Positions 1 to 9,480 are shown, numbered from the stretch's first letter. The stretch: 64,000 bases of DNA from Candidatus Saccharimonadales bacterium (GCA_025449905.1 JANWIN010000011.1:724-64723), one strand, 5' to 3'. Numbers and translations: made by a program. Notes: generated by a model not told the origin, from the sequence alone.

Positions 1-2306
1 AAGGGTTGAGTTGGTACACCACCAATTAAAATTTGAGACACCGTATTAAAGTTTGGCAAACGCAAGATGTCATCGCGTTCAAAAACCGGTTGGAATTTTT
101 TAGTTAAGGCATCGGCATCAACATCAGCGCCGACTCTGAAGGCAATCAACGAACCAATGTTGCCAAATACGGCATCACGAATTTCATCTGTTAATTGAGT
201 AGTAAATTGGTTAGCTACTACTAGATTCAAGCGGTATTTACGAGCTTCGCTTAAAATCGTAGCGAATGAGTCGGTTGAAAAGTTTTGGAACTCGTCGACG
301 TACAGACAAAAGTCCTGGCGATCTTCCTCGTCAACGTTGGCCCGGCTCATAGCCGCCGCCTGGAACTTCATAACAAAAATCATACCTAGCAACTTGGAGT
401 TAAGTTCGCCAGTGCGGCCTTTGCTAAGATTCACGAACAATATCTTTTTATTGTCCATAATCTCGCGTAAATTGAAGGAACTTTTTGACTGTCCAATAAC
501 ATTTCTCATCATTTCGTTACTTAAAAAGGCGCCAAATTTGCTGACGAACCAGCCTAAGACTTCGCTTTTATGGTAGTCGCTGGTTTGAGCCATTTCCCTA
601 TCCCAAAAGTCTAGGACTGTTCTATCCGTTACATATTGTTTGAGCTCTTTTTCATATTGTTTATCGGTGAATACTTTAGGAATATCAATAAACGTACCGC
701 CTTCGGGGTTGGCCATAACCGTCAGTGCGGCGTTCCTAAACCAGTGTTCGTAGCGAGGGCCAATTATGCCCTGATGCTGGGGGTCATAAAGCTTATAGAG
801 CATATTTATAGCTTCCTGGATTAAAAAGTCTCTCTGATCGGGCGTATGGAATTCAAACATGTTAAGTCCCATCGGGTAGTCCATATCGGCTGGACAAAAG
901 TATATGACGTCTTCTGTGCGTTCCCTAGGCACCATAGCCATGAGTTTTTCGACTACATCGCCGTGCGGATCGACAAAAGCAAAACCATTGCCGGCCAGCA
1001 TGTCTTGCAAGGCCAAGTTTTCCATAAATGTAGACTTACCGGTACCGGTTTGACCAACGGTATAAATATGCCGGCGGCGGTCATCGTGACTCAAGCGAAT
1101 CGGCTTTTTAACCCCCCGAAAGATGTTGTAGCCGAGCAAAAAACCTTCTTCCGATACATTACGCGGGCCATCAACCTGTTTGGTCGCCTGACGTTCCAAT
1201 TGAGTTGTTGGAATATTTTTTTCGTCTGGAAAATGGAATAGGGTGGCAAGCTCAATGGAGTTTAAGATATTATCGACGTTTTCCGGCGGAAAAAATCTCA
1301 AGATGTAGGCGGTAATAAAGGATTCAATGTCACGTGACGGCGTGAATTTAAAGCCGTTCTTTCCGGCCGAATCAAACAGCGAGAATGCGGCTACGACATT
1401 GCTTAAAATAGCCTGGGCACGCTGGGAAACGTTAGAAGAAGCCACTACCCTAATTAAGACTTGATATCCAGGATAACGAGTTTTGTCTTCAATGGCATCT
1501 ACAAGACTTTGATCAACTCCGCTTAGTTCATGCCTCTTTTCACCATCCTTACCGGATTTATCTTCGGGTGCTTTATACCACGCCGTGCCAAGCTGTTTGA
1601 CCCACCACATGGTTTCGCCGCCTTTTTTGTCGTTGCCGTCTTTTTTCTTTTTGGCCAAAGCTTGGGCAGTTTTGCGCCAACCGGATTCAGCCGGACGAAT
1701 TAAAATCTGAATACCAGCACCATCTTCTTTGTCTAAGGTTGAAAGGGCGTTTAGTAGCGCCTGCATGGCATCACGCTTGACTTCTTGATAGGTGGCAATC
1801 GGGTAGGCAAAAGGCTCTTTCAGGGTTAATTCGCCGCCTACAGTGCCGCTTAGACGTCCGACAGGGCTAAATATGTTGTGTTCGGCAACTTCTTGCAGCT
1901 GAGCGGTTGGATAGGCGCTAATTACAGCCTGTTTAATGACGTCAACCAGAGCTACTGGTACAGCTGCATAAAAGTGAACGAAGCCACGGCTGCCAACTAT
2001 TTCAAAAGCAAAATGACGCTGTCCATAAAACTTGCTCTTAAAATCTTTCTTAATGGTTGAAGCAATGATGCTATATAAAACTTGAGCTTTAGAGATATTT
2101 TCCTCGACAACATCGCGGACATCGCGCTGGCCGATCTCTGTATCTTCGCTTATCGGCGGTAAATGAATAAGTAGCGGCACCATCTTTAGGCCGCGCTCAA
2201 AATTCTTTTGTTCCCTCAGTAGTTTGCGTGACCTCAGATAAATAGCCAGCCCCACACAGGTGGTCAGGCTTAGTAGGATGAAAAGAACTATTATAAAAGT
2301 TGTCAT
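1..2306 (-). CDS. Type IV secretion coupling-protein-like ATPase (VirD4/TraG/TrwB type), partial; C-terminus lies beyond window start
   Basis: Absent from the ORF track because its stop is off-window. My manual minus-strand translation from the ATG at 2306-2304 is stop-free to position 1 (MTTFIIVLFILLSLTT..., one N-terminal TM helix). It has Walker A GQTGTGKST, Walker B-like LYVDEFQNF, and a TraG/TraD-like C-terminal region. Only short ORFs occur on the plus strand here. Confidence 0.75.
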   Translation of the reverse strand, partial: MTTFIIVLFILLSLTTCVGLAIYLRSRKLLREQKNFERGLKMVPLLIHLPPISEDTEIGQRDVRDVVEENISKAQVLYSIIASTIKKDFKSKFYGQRHFAFEIVGSRGFVHFYAAVPVALVDVIKQAVISAYPTAQLQEVAEHNIFSPVGRLSGTVGGELTLKEPFAYPIATYQEVKRDAMQALLNALSTLDKEDGAGIQILIRPAESGWRKTAQALAKKKKDGNDKKGGETMWWVKQLGTAWYKAPEDKSGKDGEKRHELSGVDQSLVDAIEDKTRYPGYQVLIRVVASSNVSQRAQAILSNVVAAFSLFDSAGKNGFKFTPSRDIESFITAYILRFFPPENVDNILNSIELATLFHFPDEKNIPTTQLERQATKQVDGPRNVSEEGFLLGYNIFRGVKKPIRLSHDDRRRHIYTVGQTGTGKSTFMENLALQDMLAGNGFAFVDPHGDVVEKLMAMVPRERTEDVIYFCPADMDYPMGLNMFEFHTPDQRDFLIQEAINMLYKLYDPQHQGIIGPRYEHWFRNAALTVMANPEGGTFIDIPKVFTDKQYEKELKQYVTDRTVLDFWDREMAQTSDYHKSEVLGWFVSKFGAFLSNEMMRNVIGQSKSSFNLREIMDNKKILFVNLSKGRTGELNSKLLGMIFVMKFQAAAMSRANVDEEDRQDFCLYVDEFQNFSTDSFATILSEARKYRLNLVVANQFTTQLTDEIRDAVFGNIGSLIAFRVGADVDADALTKKFQPVFERDDILRLPNFNTVSQILIGGVPTQP

Positions 2307-2309
2307 GGC

Positions 2310-2630
2310 CTATTCATTTGTTGTTTGAATATCTTTGTTATAGCGTTTTTTAATATAGTCAGCTTTAATTTTATTTATTTCTTTATTCCTTAGATGTGGG
2401 TTATCTTTAGTTTGTTCGACGATGTGTTTGGCTTTTTCAACCCATTCTTTCTCTATTAAATCGGTGTCATCAGCGATAGCCGGATTAGCAGGCGCTGGCA
2501 TTGCGGCGGGAACGGCTGGACTTGAACCATCTGACGGAGGAATTTGAGGCAAATTGGGCACTGTTGATGGCAGATTACCATCAGTAGGCACATTGTTATC
2601 TGGCGATAATTGATTACTTCCCGAATCCAT
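2310..2630 (-). CDS. Hypothetical small protein with Pro-rich N-terminus and Lys-rich helical C-terminus
   Basis: 106-aa ORF. Its stop lies 3 nt upstream of the coupling-protein ATG, implying an operon. No recognisable domain. Confidence 0.5.
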   Translation of the reverse strand: MDSGSNQLSPDNNVPTDGNLPSTVPNLPQIPPSDGSSPAVPAAMPAPANPAIADDTDLIEKEWVEKAKHIVEQTKDNPHLRNKEINKIKADYIKKRYNKDIQTTNE

Positions 2631-2667
2631 TTCTTTGCTAAATTATACAGTAATAAAGGGCTTGTGG

Positions 2668-3066
2668 TTATACGTACTTACTAAGATCGAGCTTGGATAT
2701 GTAGAAAATCGTCAGTGCATATACGCTGAGTAAAATAATCGTGTCTTTAGCCGTAAGCTGGTCTATAGATTTAAGAAGTAGTAGTAAGGTGGGCAGGGCC
2801 GCCGCTAGTAAACTGAATTCATAACGCTTAACCCTTGATGGTAGAAGTGATTTTTTAGCCAATAAGTTAAAAATCATTATGAAACTGAGAAATAAACAGA
2901 TGAAAAGCCATACAAAAGGTAAAATTAACAGCCCGGCGGGTAGTTTGTCTGGGTCTGTACTAAAGAGGAATACAAACAACCCAAGATAGAGGAGGATTAG
3001 TACTATGATTTTTTTTCTAGGCATCTTTAGTATCGGCATATATCTATAATAACCCAAATAAATCAA
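2668..3066 (-). CDS. Small integral membrane protein, function unknown
   Basis: 132-aa ORF with several hydrophobic segments. The start is uncertain; alternative Met codons lie at 3039 and 3024. Confidence 0.5.
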   Translation of the reverse strand: MIYLGYYRYMPILKMPRKKIIVLILLYLGLFVFLFSTDPDKLPAGLLILPFVWLFICLFLSFIMIFNLLAKKSLLPSRVKRYEFSLLAAALPTLLLLLKSIDQLTAKDTIILLSVYALTIFYISKLDLSKYV

Positions 3067-3698
3067 GGAAGCCGGTGGTAAAACCGCCCTTAATTATTAT
3101 TGTTAAGCGCTTACCGTACCGGCTTTAGACTGACCGCTCTTTAGCCCTTTCGGACCTCAGAGCGATGACTTGGAAGTTAAATTTTTGTTTTTAACTCACC
3201 CCTAAAATCTATCTTATTATTATGCTTATGTCAATAATTATTGATGTTATTTATACACTAATAGTAAAATTATACCTGTTATTTGAGTATATTTTTTATT
3301 AAAGTTCGTTGTATAATTTATCTATTATTTGTTAATAATTTGTACGAGATGCAGATTGATGATATAAAATTTATCTTTTCCCGCCTATCATTTAAGTTAT
3401 TCAAAGTTATCCACCCTGCATCCCCAAATATGCTGAACTAATTTGTTCTTTTCGTGGAGTACAAAAATTATTATTTCGGTCGTCGAAATATTTAATGACA
3501 ATTTATTGTTAGGAATTATTATGCTCAGCAACTACCCAATTTAAGAAGCCAGCCTTACAAGCAAGCCAATAAGACAGCTGGTAAACATAGCAATGCCGGT
3601 AGCTTATTTTGAGTCTTTAGCAAGATTTTTTGCCACGCATTAAGCCTTAATCACGAAAAGTTATGCACAGGTTTATTTAAAACTAAGCATTAAGGCTA

Positions 3699-3727
3699 TT
3701 GACAGTACTTTATGCAATTTATAAGAT
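3699..3727 (+). promoter_or_regulatory. Candidate sigma70-type promoter upstream of comM
   Basis: TTGACA (3699-3704), 17-nt spacer, TAAGAT (3722-3727), inside an AT-rich gene-free region. Confidence 0.3.
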
Positions 3728-3857
3728 AGCTTTAGCGCTTGAATAAAAAAAGTGCTCAAAAACAAAAATGCTTAAAGTAACAACGGCTTCTCGCAAGCCG
3801 TTGTTCTATTAAGACAAGCATTTTAATTAATGTCCGGTTGGCTTTAAAATATTTGGC

Positions 3858-5390
3858 ATGGGAGTCAAACTACAGAGCATTGTAGAGACTGGTTTACAAG
3901 GGGTTATAGTCGACATTGAGTGCCAGATATCAAATGGTCTACCCTCAATTATTATTGTCGGCTTTGCTAATAAGGCTGTTGACGAAGCCAAAGAAAGAAT
4001 TCGCGGCGCTTTTGTTAATTCTGATGTAGATTTACCGCGCAAGCGAATTACTATCAACTTGGCGCCAGCTGACATGCCTAAAGACAGTTCGAGCTTTGAT
4101 TTAGCAATAGCCGTAGCGATTATGTTAAGCGCCAAACAATGCAAAGAAGAGATTCCAGAAGGTCATTTGATAATTGGTGAGCTGGGTTTAGACGGTGCTG
4201 TCAGATCAGTTCGCGGCATAATCGGCAAGCTTTTGGCAGCCCGCCAAATGGGCCTCAAACATTTTTTTATCCCTGTTGGAAATCTAAATCAAGCCAGTTT
4301 AATTCCCGATGTGGTACTTTACCCGGTTAATAACCTGCGTGATTTGTACTTACACTTAAATTCTACAGTTCCTATTAAGCCGGCCGTTGTTGGACCGGTT
4401 AAACTTGGTTCTAAAAGACCAAAATCAAACCAGGATTTTAAGCATATTGTTGGCCAAATTAGAGCCAAACGTGCTCTGGAAATTGCTGCCGCTGGTGGCC
4501 ACAATGTACTGCTGAACGGTCCGCCGGGCACCGGTAAAAGTATGCTAGCCAAAGCCCTGCCCTCAATTTTACCGCCAATGTCCCAAGAGGAAATACTAGA
4601 GGTTACTCATCTGCACAGTCTGGCTAGCAAGAATTATGACGTAATTATCGCCGAACGGCCTTTTCGCTCACCCCACCACAGCGCCAGTGACAATTCAATT
4701 ATCGGCGGTGGCCAAAATCCCCGACCCGGTGAAATAAGTTTAAGCCATAATGGTGTCCTATTTTTAGATGAATTTCCAGAGTTTCATCGGCCATCTATTG
4801 AAGCCTTAAGACAACCTCTGGAAGATCGAATCATATCTGTTGCCCGCACTAAGGATACTGTTGAATTTCCGGCTCATTTTATGCTGATAGCCACCGCCAA
4901 CCCCTGCCCTTGCGGTTATTACGGCATAGCTAATAAGTCCTGTGTTTGTTTGCCGCATCAAATTCTTAAGTATCGTCGCAAGTTATCGGGTCCGATAATT
5001 GACCGTATTGATATGTACGTTGATGTTGATGAGGTTCTGCATAAAAAATTACTGACTGATGAGGCTCAAGAAGATAGTGAAGCTATCGCTAAGCGGGTGG
5101 TTTTAGCCAGACAAAAGCAAACTAAACGCTTTGATAGCGCCAGCAAAACCAATGGCGATATGAGCAATCAGGACATAAAAAAGCTAGCTCTTTTATCTGA
5201 TGAAGCTCGTGAGCTTTTAAATCAAGCCGCCGAAAAACTACAAATTTCGGCTCGTAGTTATATGCGCTCGATCAAAATAGCTCGCACCATAGCTGACCTA
5301 GAAAATTCTGAGTATATTGAGGCTGGCCATATGAGTGAAGCTTTGCAATACCGGCGACGCCCCGCCGAAGTCAGCGCAAGTCTTTATTGA
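3858..5390 (+). CDS. comM: YifB/ComM-family Mg-chelatase-like AAA+ ATPase
   Basis: 510 aa with Lon-like N-terminal region, Walker A GPPGTGKS, Walker B VLFLDE, and the C-terminal ARTIADLE...EALQYR motif typical of ComM. Confidence 0.9.
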   Translation: MGVKLQSIVETGLQGVIVDIECQISNGLPSIIIVGFANKAVDEAKERIRGAFVNSDVDLPRKRITINLAPADMPKDSSSFDLAIAVAIMLSAKQCKEEIPEGHLIIGELGLDGAVRSVRGIIGKLLAARQMGLKHFFIPVGNLNQASLIPDVVLYPVNNLRDLYLHLNSTVPIKPAVVGPVKLGSKRPKSNQDFKHIVGQIRAKRALEIAAAGGHNVLLNGPPGTGKSMLAKALPSILPPMSQEEILEVTHLHSLASKNYDVIIAERPFRSPHHSASDNSIIGGGQNPRPGEISLSHNGVLFLDEFPEFHRPSIEALRQPLEDRIISVARTKDTVEFPAHFMLIATANPCPCGYYGIANKSCVCLPHQILKYRRKLSGPIIDRIDMYVDVDEVLHKKLLTDEAQEDSEAIAKRVVLARQKQTKRFDSASKTNGDMSNQDIKKLALLSDEARELLNQAAEKLQISARSYMRSIKIARTIADLENSEYIEAGHMSEALQYRRRPAEVSASLY

Positions 5391-5450
5391 CCCCTGTTTC
5401 AGTGTCTGCTAAAATTGCTTTGACCTAATCGATATTAAGGAGAGACGGGT

Positions 5451-5972
5451 ATCGCTAGTACCAATCGCCTGAATGAAGCCATTCGGGCACCAAGTTTAAG
5501 AATCATCGACCAAAACGGAAAACAGATTGGTGTGTTAAGCCGCGTCGAAGCATTAAACTTGGCACGCGAACAAGATTTAGACCTAGTAGAAATCTCTCCC
5601 GACGCCAAACCACCAGTGGCAAAAATAGTTGATTGGGGTAAATATAATTATCAGCGGACCAAACAGTCCCAAAAAAATAAGCGGCGAACGCTAGAGGTTA
5701 AGCAGATGAGAATAGGCCTAAAAATTGGTGAACACGATCTTGACGTCAAGCTCTCTAAAGTGAGCAACTTTTTAGAATTGGGCCATAAAGTTAAGATTAC
5801 GATTTTTTATCGAGGCCGCGAGCTAGCCCATAAAGATTTGGGGTTTAAGTTAGCAGATAAAGTTATTGACCTTCTTGGCGACAAAGCGATTGTCGAACAA
5901 AAACCCGAACTTTACGGCAAGCAGTTAAATTTTGTTATAAGAGGTAAGGTGGTTTCCAGTGCCAAAGCTTAA
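5451..5972 (+). CDS. infC: Translation initiation factor IF-3, with non-canonical ATC start
   Basis: The track ORF (5532) lacks the conserved N-terminal INEAIRAP..LRIID segment. The in-frame extension back to ATC at 5451 restores it. AAGGAG (5437-5442) lies 8 nt upstream, and an in-frame TAA sits at 5436. Confidence 0.85.
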   Translation: MASTNRLNEAIRAPSLRIIDQNGKQIGVLSRVEALNLAREQDLDLVEISPDAKPPVAKIVDWGKYNYQRTKQSQKNKRRTLEVKQMRIGLKIGEHDLDVKLSKVSNFLELGHKVKITIFYRGRELAHKDLGFKLADKVIDLLGDKAIVEQKPELYGKQLNFVIRGKVVSSAKA

Positions 5973-6153
5973 GACGCACAGCGGTACCCAAAAACGGGTT
6001 AAGATAACTAAAAATGGCAAAGTTCTGCGCCGTCATACAATGCGCAGTCACTTTTTGCAGAAAAAAAGCGCTAGCCGTAAGCGTAAATTTAGTGGGTTCG
6101 ACCAAGTACCTGGCAAGAATGCAGCCAATATAAAGCGGAAGTTAGGATTATAA
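5959..6153 (+). CDS. rpmI: 50S ribosomal protein L35
   Basis: MPKLKTHSGTQKR... 64 aa. GTG start overlaps the infC end, with an AAGGTGG Shine-Dalgarno sequence upstream. Confidence 0.9.
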   Translation: MPKLKTHSGTQKRVKITKNGKVLRRHTMRSHFLQKKSASRKRKFSGFDQVPGKNAANIKRKLGL

Positions 6154-6154
6154 A

Positions 6155-6499
6155 ATGCGAGTTAAACGCGGCGTAGCTGGCCATAAAAAGCATCTGAAAG
6201 TGCGCAAGGCCACCAAGGGTATGACTCATGCCCACACCTCAAGTATTAAAAGAGGCCGCCAGGCGCACGTCAAGGCTCTACAGAACGCTTACCGGGACCG
6301 TCGTAACCGTAAGCGCGAGTTTAGGTCGCTCTGGAACATTCGTATCAATGCGGCCGCACGGCAGAATAATTCTACTTACAGCCAGCTGATAGCTGGTTTA
6401 AAGAAGTCTAATATTGGTCTTAACCGCAAAGTTTTAAGTGAACTAGCTGTTAACGAGCCTGAAGCCTTCGCCGAAATCGTTAAGACATCCACAAAATAG
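6155..6499 (+). CDS. rplT: 50S ribosomal protein L20
   Basis: MRVKRGVAGHKKH... 114 aa, in the classic infC-rpmI-rplT order. Confidence 0.92.
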   Translation: MRVKRGVAGHKKHLKVRKATKGMTHAHTSSIKRGRQAHVKALQNAYRDRRNRKREFRSLWNIRINAAARQNNSTYSQLIAGLKKSNIGLNRKVLSELAVNEPEAFAEIVKTSTK

Positions 6500-7870
6500 C
6501 TAGAATAGGTGTCGGGTATCTTTTACTCTTTGTTTAAATTCAGTACTTAAGACTTTTTTACCAACATCGCCACGCATAACTGGTCGTTCACCGTCAAACT
6601 TAATCCTGCTGGCGGCTTCATAATTCTCTTCTAATACTACTTCCAGACTTTCACCTTTGTAGGCAGTACGGCCGACTGATAATGACCGGCCAGCATTGGC
6701 TATATAATTTCCTTCTTCGTCTATTCTAGTTCCGTAATCAAAAACTCTAGCTAAATTATCATCAATATCTTTTAAGCCGGTAATAACTTGGCCTGCTTCG
6801 GTCGCGTCCGGATAACCCCGGGCGGCTAAGATTAAACAAGTGCTGGCAGCTTTACGCCAGTGAATTTCAGGCAGTTCACTTAGGCGATCTTGAGAACAGG
6901 CTAAAGCAATTTCTATAAAGTCGCTTTTATCGGTATCTAATAAGGGAGCCCAGACTTGAGTTTCTGGGTCGCCGGGGCGGGCGTTGTCTTCCAACTTCAT
7001 TGGCCCTTCGGCAGTTAGAATTAAGCCAGAGTAAAGAACGCCGGTGAAAGACCGTCCCGATTCGTATAGCTCATTTATCGTAGGTGCTACAAATTGACGA
7101 CCAAGTTTTTCGATATCATCAACTGCAATGCCAGGTGCTGGCGCCACAACCCCCATACCGCCAGTCATCGAACCTTCATCATTTTCGTCAACGGTTTTGT
7201 GATCAACCATGGCAAAGGGGTACATTACGTAGTCCCGTCCATTAACCCACGCATGCAAACCTATCTCGAAACCCACAAGGCCTTTTTCTAATATGACGCG
7301 CTGAGTTAACGAAAAGTCATTTTCTATGTCGGTTATTGGCATTAGAGCCTTGTGTAAGTCATCTAGGCAAGTTATTTTATCGACACCCTTGCCTCTTGCC
7401 GGCCTATCGCGTTTAGAATATAAGGGATTCTCAAAAGTAGCTCTAGGTGTAGCGTATTTTATGGCCTCGTCATAGGTTTTACAGACCACAAAATCCGCAG
7501 TTGGCTGGCCTGTTTTTACCATCAACTCTTTAGAAAAAACTTTAGAGGTCTCTACTTCAGCTGCTTTTTGTGATGGACCAAAAACTGCAATGCCGTACTC
7601 TGTTAGTGCATCACTGGTGCCGGCTAATAGAGCATCTTCTTGGCTTACTATTGCCAGGTCAATATTGTTGTTGCGCGCAAATTCAGCTACGCCCTCGGGG
7701 TCTGTGTGTAAAAGATGTTCACCGCTTTTATCTATTGCTAGGTCAGCTATGTTTTGCACCAGATCACTTCGTTGAGTAGTCCATAGCCTATTGGTGTGAG
7801 GAGATTCATTTGCCAACCAGGCCTCAGCATGAGCCCGAGCCGAGGTGGTATCAACAATCAATACATTCAT
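6500..7870 (-). CDS. Phosphoribosylamine-glycine ligase (PurD)-like ATP-grasp protein
   Basis: 456 aa with PurD-like N domain (MNVLIVD...), ATP-grasp core and C domain. Its stop codon abuts the rplT stop with a 0-nt gap. Confidence 0.65.
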   Translation of the reverse strand: MNVLIVDTTSARAHAEAWLANESPHTNRLWTTQRSDLVQNIADLAIDKSGEHLLHTDPEGVAEFARNNNIDLAIVSQEDALLAGTSDALTEYGIAVFGPSQKAAEVETSKVFSKELMVKTGQPTADFVVCKTYDEAIKYATPRATFENPLYSKRDRPARGKGVDKITCLDDLHKALMPITDIENDFSLTQRVILEKGLVGFEIGLHAWVNGRDYVMYPFAMVDHKTVDENDEGSMTGGMGVVAPAPGIAVDDIEKLGRQFVAPTINELYESGRSFTGVLYSGLILTAEGPMKLEDNARPGDPETQVWAPLLDTDKSDFIEIALACSQDRLSELPEIHWRKAASTCLILAARGYPDATEAGQVITGLKDIDDNLARVFDYGTRIDEEGNYIANAGRSLSVGRTAYKGESLEVVLEENYEAASRIKFDGERPVMRGDVGKKVLSTEFKQRVKDTRHLF

Positions 7871-7920
7871 AAGGTATAGTTTTGCTAAATTAAGCGGCTA
7901 CTGCAAGCATGAGCAAATTA

Positions 7921-7946
7921 AAAAATCCCAAAACGGGATTTTTTAA
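7921..7946 (-). terminator. Intrinsic terminator after rnpB
   Basis: Palindrome AAAUCCCGUUUUGGGAUUU followed by a U-run on the minus strand, immediately 3' of the RNase P RNA. Confidence 0.7.
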
Positions 7947-8297
7947 TGCCAGATTATCTGTAAGCCGGGTTTTGTCTGTCTGGTCATCTATCTAGGCCTT
8001 AAGTTGCCCTAAGGCTCGAGCGGTTCTTGTGACGCTTTTAAGGCAGGATACCATTGTTTAAAAGCATCTCCTTGCAGCAAACAGGGTTTACCACTTCGCC
8101 GTGTCACCACTGCGAATTGCGAGCTCTTACCTCGCTCTTTTCACCCTTGCCACCAGCTTTAGGCTGGCTTAGCGGTATAGTTTCTGTGGCACTTTCCCTA
8201 GAGTCGCCTCTGGTTGCCGTTAGCAACTGTCTTTTCCTTGAGCTGCCCGGACTTTCCTCGACAGGGCTACCTGTCGCGACCAGTCGATAATCTGGCA
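7947..8297 (-). ncRNA. rnpB: RNase P RNA (bacterial type A-like)
   Basis: The minus strand contains GAGGAAAGUCCGGGC (P4 5' strand) and ACAAAACCCGGCUUA (P4 3' strand). P1 forms by CCAGAUUAUC/GAUAAUCUGG. The two track ORFs here (8054-8290 and 8104-8298) are artefacts. Confidence 0.92.
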
Positions 8298-8323
8298 AGA
8301 GTTATTATAACACAACGCTTAAG

Positions 8324-9121
8324 CTAGCTCAAGTCGCTGGCGTCAAGAATTTCGTTTACCATGGCGTCTGCCAGCTTGTTTTGTTCTCTTGGCACATGAG
8401 TATAAGTTATTTGCTCAAAACGCGGCTCTAGGGCCTTAATAGCCTGATAGATGGGTAATAGTTCCCTATGCTTTACCCTGTATTGGCCGGTCATTTGGTT
8501 AACTACTAGCTGGCTGTCCATAAATACATGAATAATTTGCACTCTTCGTTCTAGGGCTTCCTCCATACCGGCCTTCAAAGCTTGGTATTCAGCTTGGTTA
8601 TTGGTGGTTTTGCCCAGATAGTCCCCGCCCTGCGAAACTACTAAGTCATCCATGGTCATTAGCACATAACCGCTGGCTGAAGGTCCTGGGTTGCCGCGCG
8701 AGCCGCCGTCGGAAAATAATTTTACTTCTTTTTCGAACGGCTTAGTGTCTTCAATATCATTAAGTAGTTTTGGCGGAGTTGATTTGAAGGTAAAATGAAT
8801 GACTTTTACGGGTGTGTTCTCGTTTATATCTTGGCCATAATACTCTTGGAAAGTCTTTATCATGGCTTCTTTGGACGAATATTCCTCGTGACCACCAAGC
8901 TCATCACCTTTCATTTCACCTAGATGTTTGGCTAAGATCTGATTTATTCTTGCTGTACCAATTGCTTGCCAAGTTTCGGGATTCTTGCGCTCGACTTTGT
9001 CTACAATCCACACTTCGTCATCTACGCTTAAATTCTTCTCGTCATTAACTCGCCAAGTGACTGTTTTTTGGCCGCTTGCAACTTGTTGGGCCAATTCGTG
9101 ATTAAACTTCAAAGTCTTCAA
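8324..9121 (-). CDS. ASCH-domain / RNase HI fusion protein
   Basis: The N-terminus [19 protein letters not shown] is ASCH/PUA-like. The C-terminal half has RNase H type-1 D-E-D-D residues ([33 protein letters not shown]). Confidence 0.65.
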   Translation of the reverse strand: MKTLKFNHELAQQVASGQKTVTWRVNDEKNLSVDDEVWIVDKVERKNPETWQAIGTARINQILAKHLGEMKGDELGGHEEYSSKEAMIKTFQEYYGQDINENTPVKVIHFTFKSTPPKLLNDIEDTKPFEKEVKLFSDGGSRGNPGPSASGYVLMTMDDLVVSQGGDYLGKTTNNQAEYQALKAGMEEALERRVQIIHVFMDSQLVVNQMTGQYRVKHRELLPIYQAIKALEPRFEQITYTHVPREQNKLADAMVNEILDASDLS

Positions 9122-9354
9122 GCTTGTGCTACCTCGTCTATTTCTTTGGCTAATTGGTGGTCTTTATCTGTTACTTTATCACCAGCCTCATGCGTATTAA
9201 GCCAAATCTCGACTTTATTGTAGGTGTTAGTCCAAGTTGGGTGGTGGTGGTACTTCTCGGCTAGTTCAGCTACCTGCCCCATAAATTCAAATGCCTCTTT
9301 AAAGTCTTTAAATTTAAATTTTTTATAGAGAGAGTTGTTTTTTTCTTGCCACAT
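9118..9354 (-). CDS. Pterin-4-alpha-carbinolamine dehydratase (PCD/DCoH family)
   Basis: 78 aa with [11 protein letters not shown]...HHPTW...[17 protein letters not shown] signature. Confidence 0.75.
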   Translation of the reverse strand: MWQEKNNSLYKKFKFKDFKEAFEFMGQVAELAEKYHHHPTWTNTYNKVEIWLNTHEAGDKVTDKDHQLAKEIDEVAQA

Positions 9355-9369
9355 GCATACATCCTAACA

Positions 9370-9446
9370 TGGTCGGGGTGACAGGACTCGAACCTGCGAC
9401 CTCACGGCCCCCAGCCGTACGCGCTAGCCAACTGCGCCACACCCCG
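9370..9446 (-). tRNA. tRNA-Pro (GGG)
   Basis: Cloverleaf folded by hand: acceptor CGGGGUG/CACCCCG, anticodon loop CUGGGGG, T-loop UUCGAGU, encoded CCA. Confidence 0.9.
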
Positions 9447-9480
9447 ACAATATTGGGCTATTATAGGGAAAAACTTTGGA

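Noticed and set aside
3066-3180. Possible SRP RNA: the minus strand has AGGUCCGAAAGG, resembling the helix-8 apex AGGUCCGGAAGG.
   Set aside because: The symmetric-loop signature is absent: the loops are GAG/UAA rather than CAGG with AGCA. The flanking arms do not form the long SRP hairpin. I keep it only as an unexplained stem-loop element.
3180-3857. Chromosomal oriC, suggested by the AT-rich region with a TTATCCACC box.
   Set aside because: There is only one good DnaA box and two weaker ones. No dnaA or dnaN gene is adjacent. The evidence is insufficient.
3827-4552. Antisense ORFs inside comM (3827-4144 and 4319-4552), and many similar shadow ORFs inside pilB, pnp, ftsK, rnj, purM-like, the DHH-family gene and others.
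   Set aside because: They are fully embedded opposite well-supported genes, have low-complexity or biased composition, and show no motifs.
8054-8298. Track ORFs 8054-8290 (+) and 8104-8298 (-).
   Set aside because: They lie entirely within the RNase P RNA gene.
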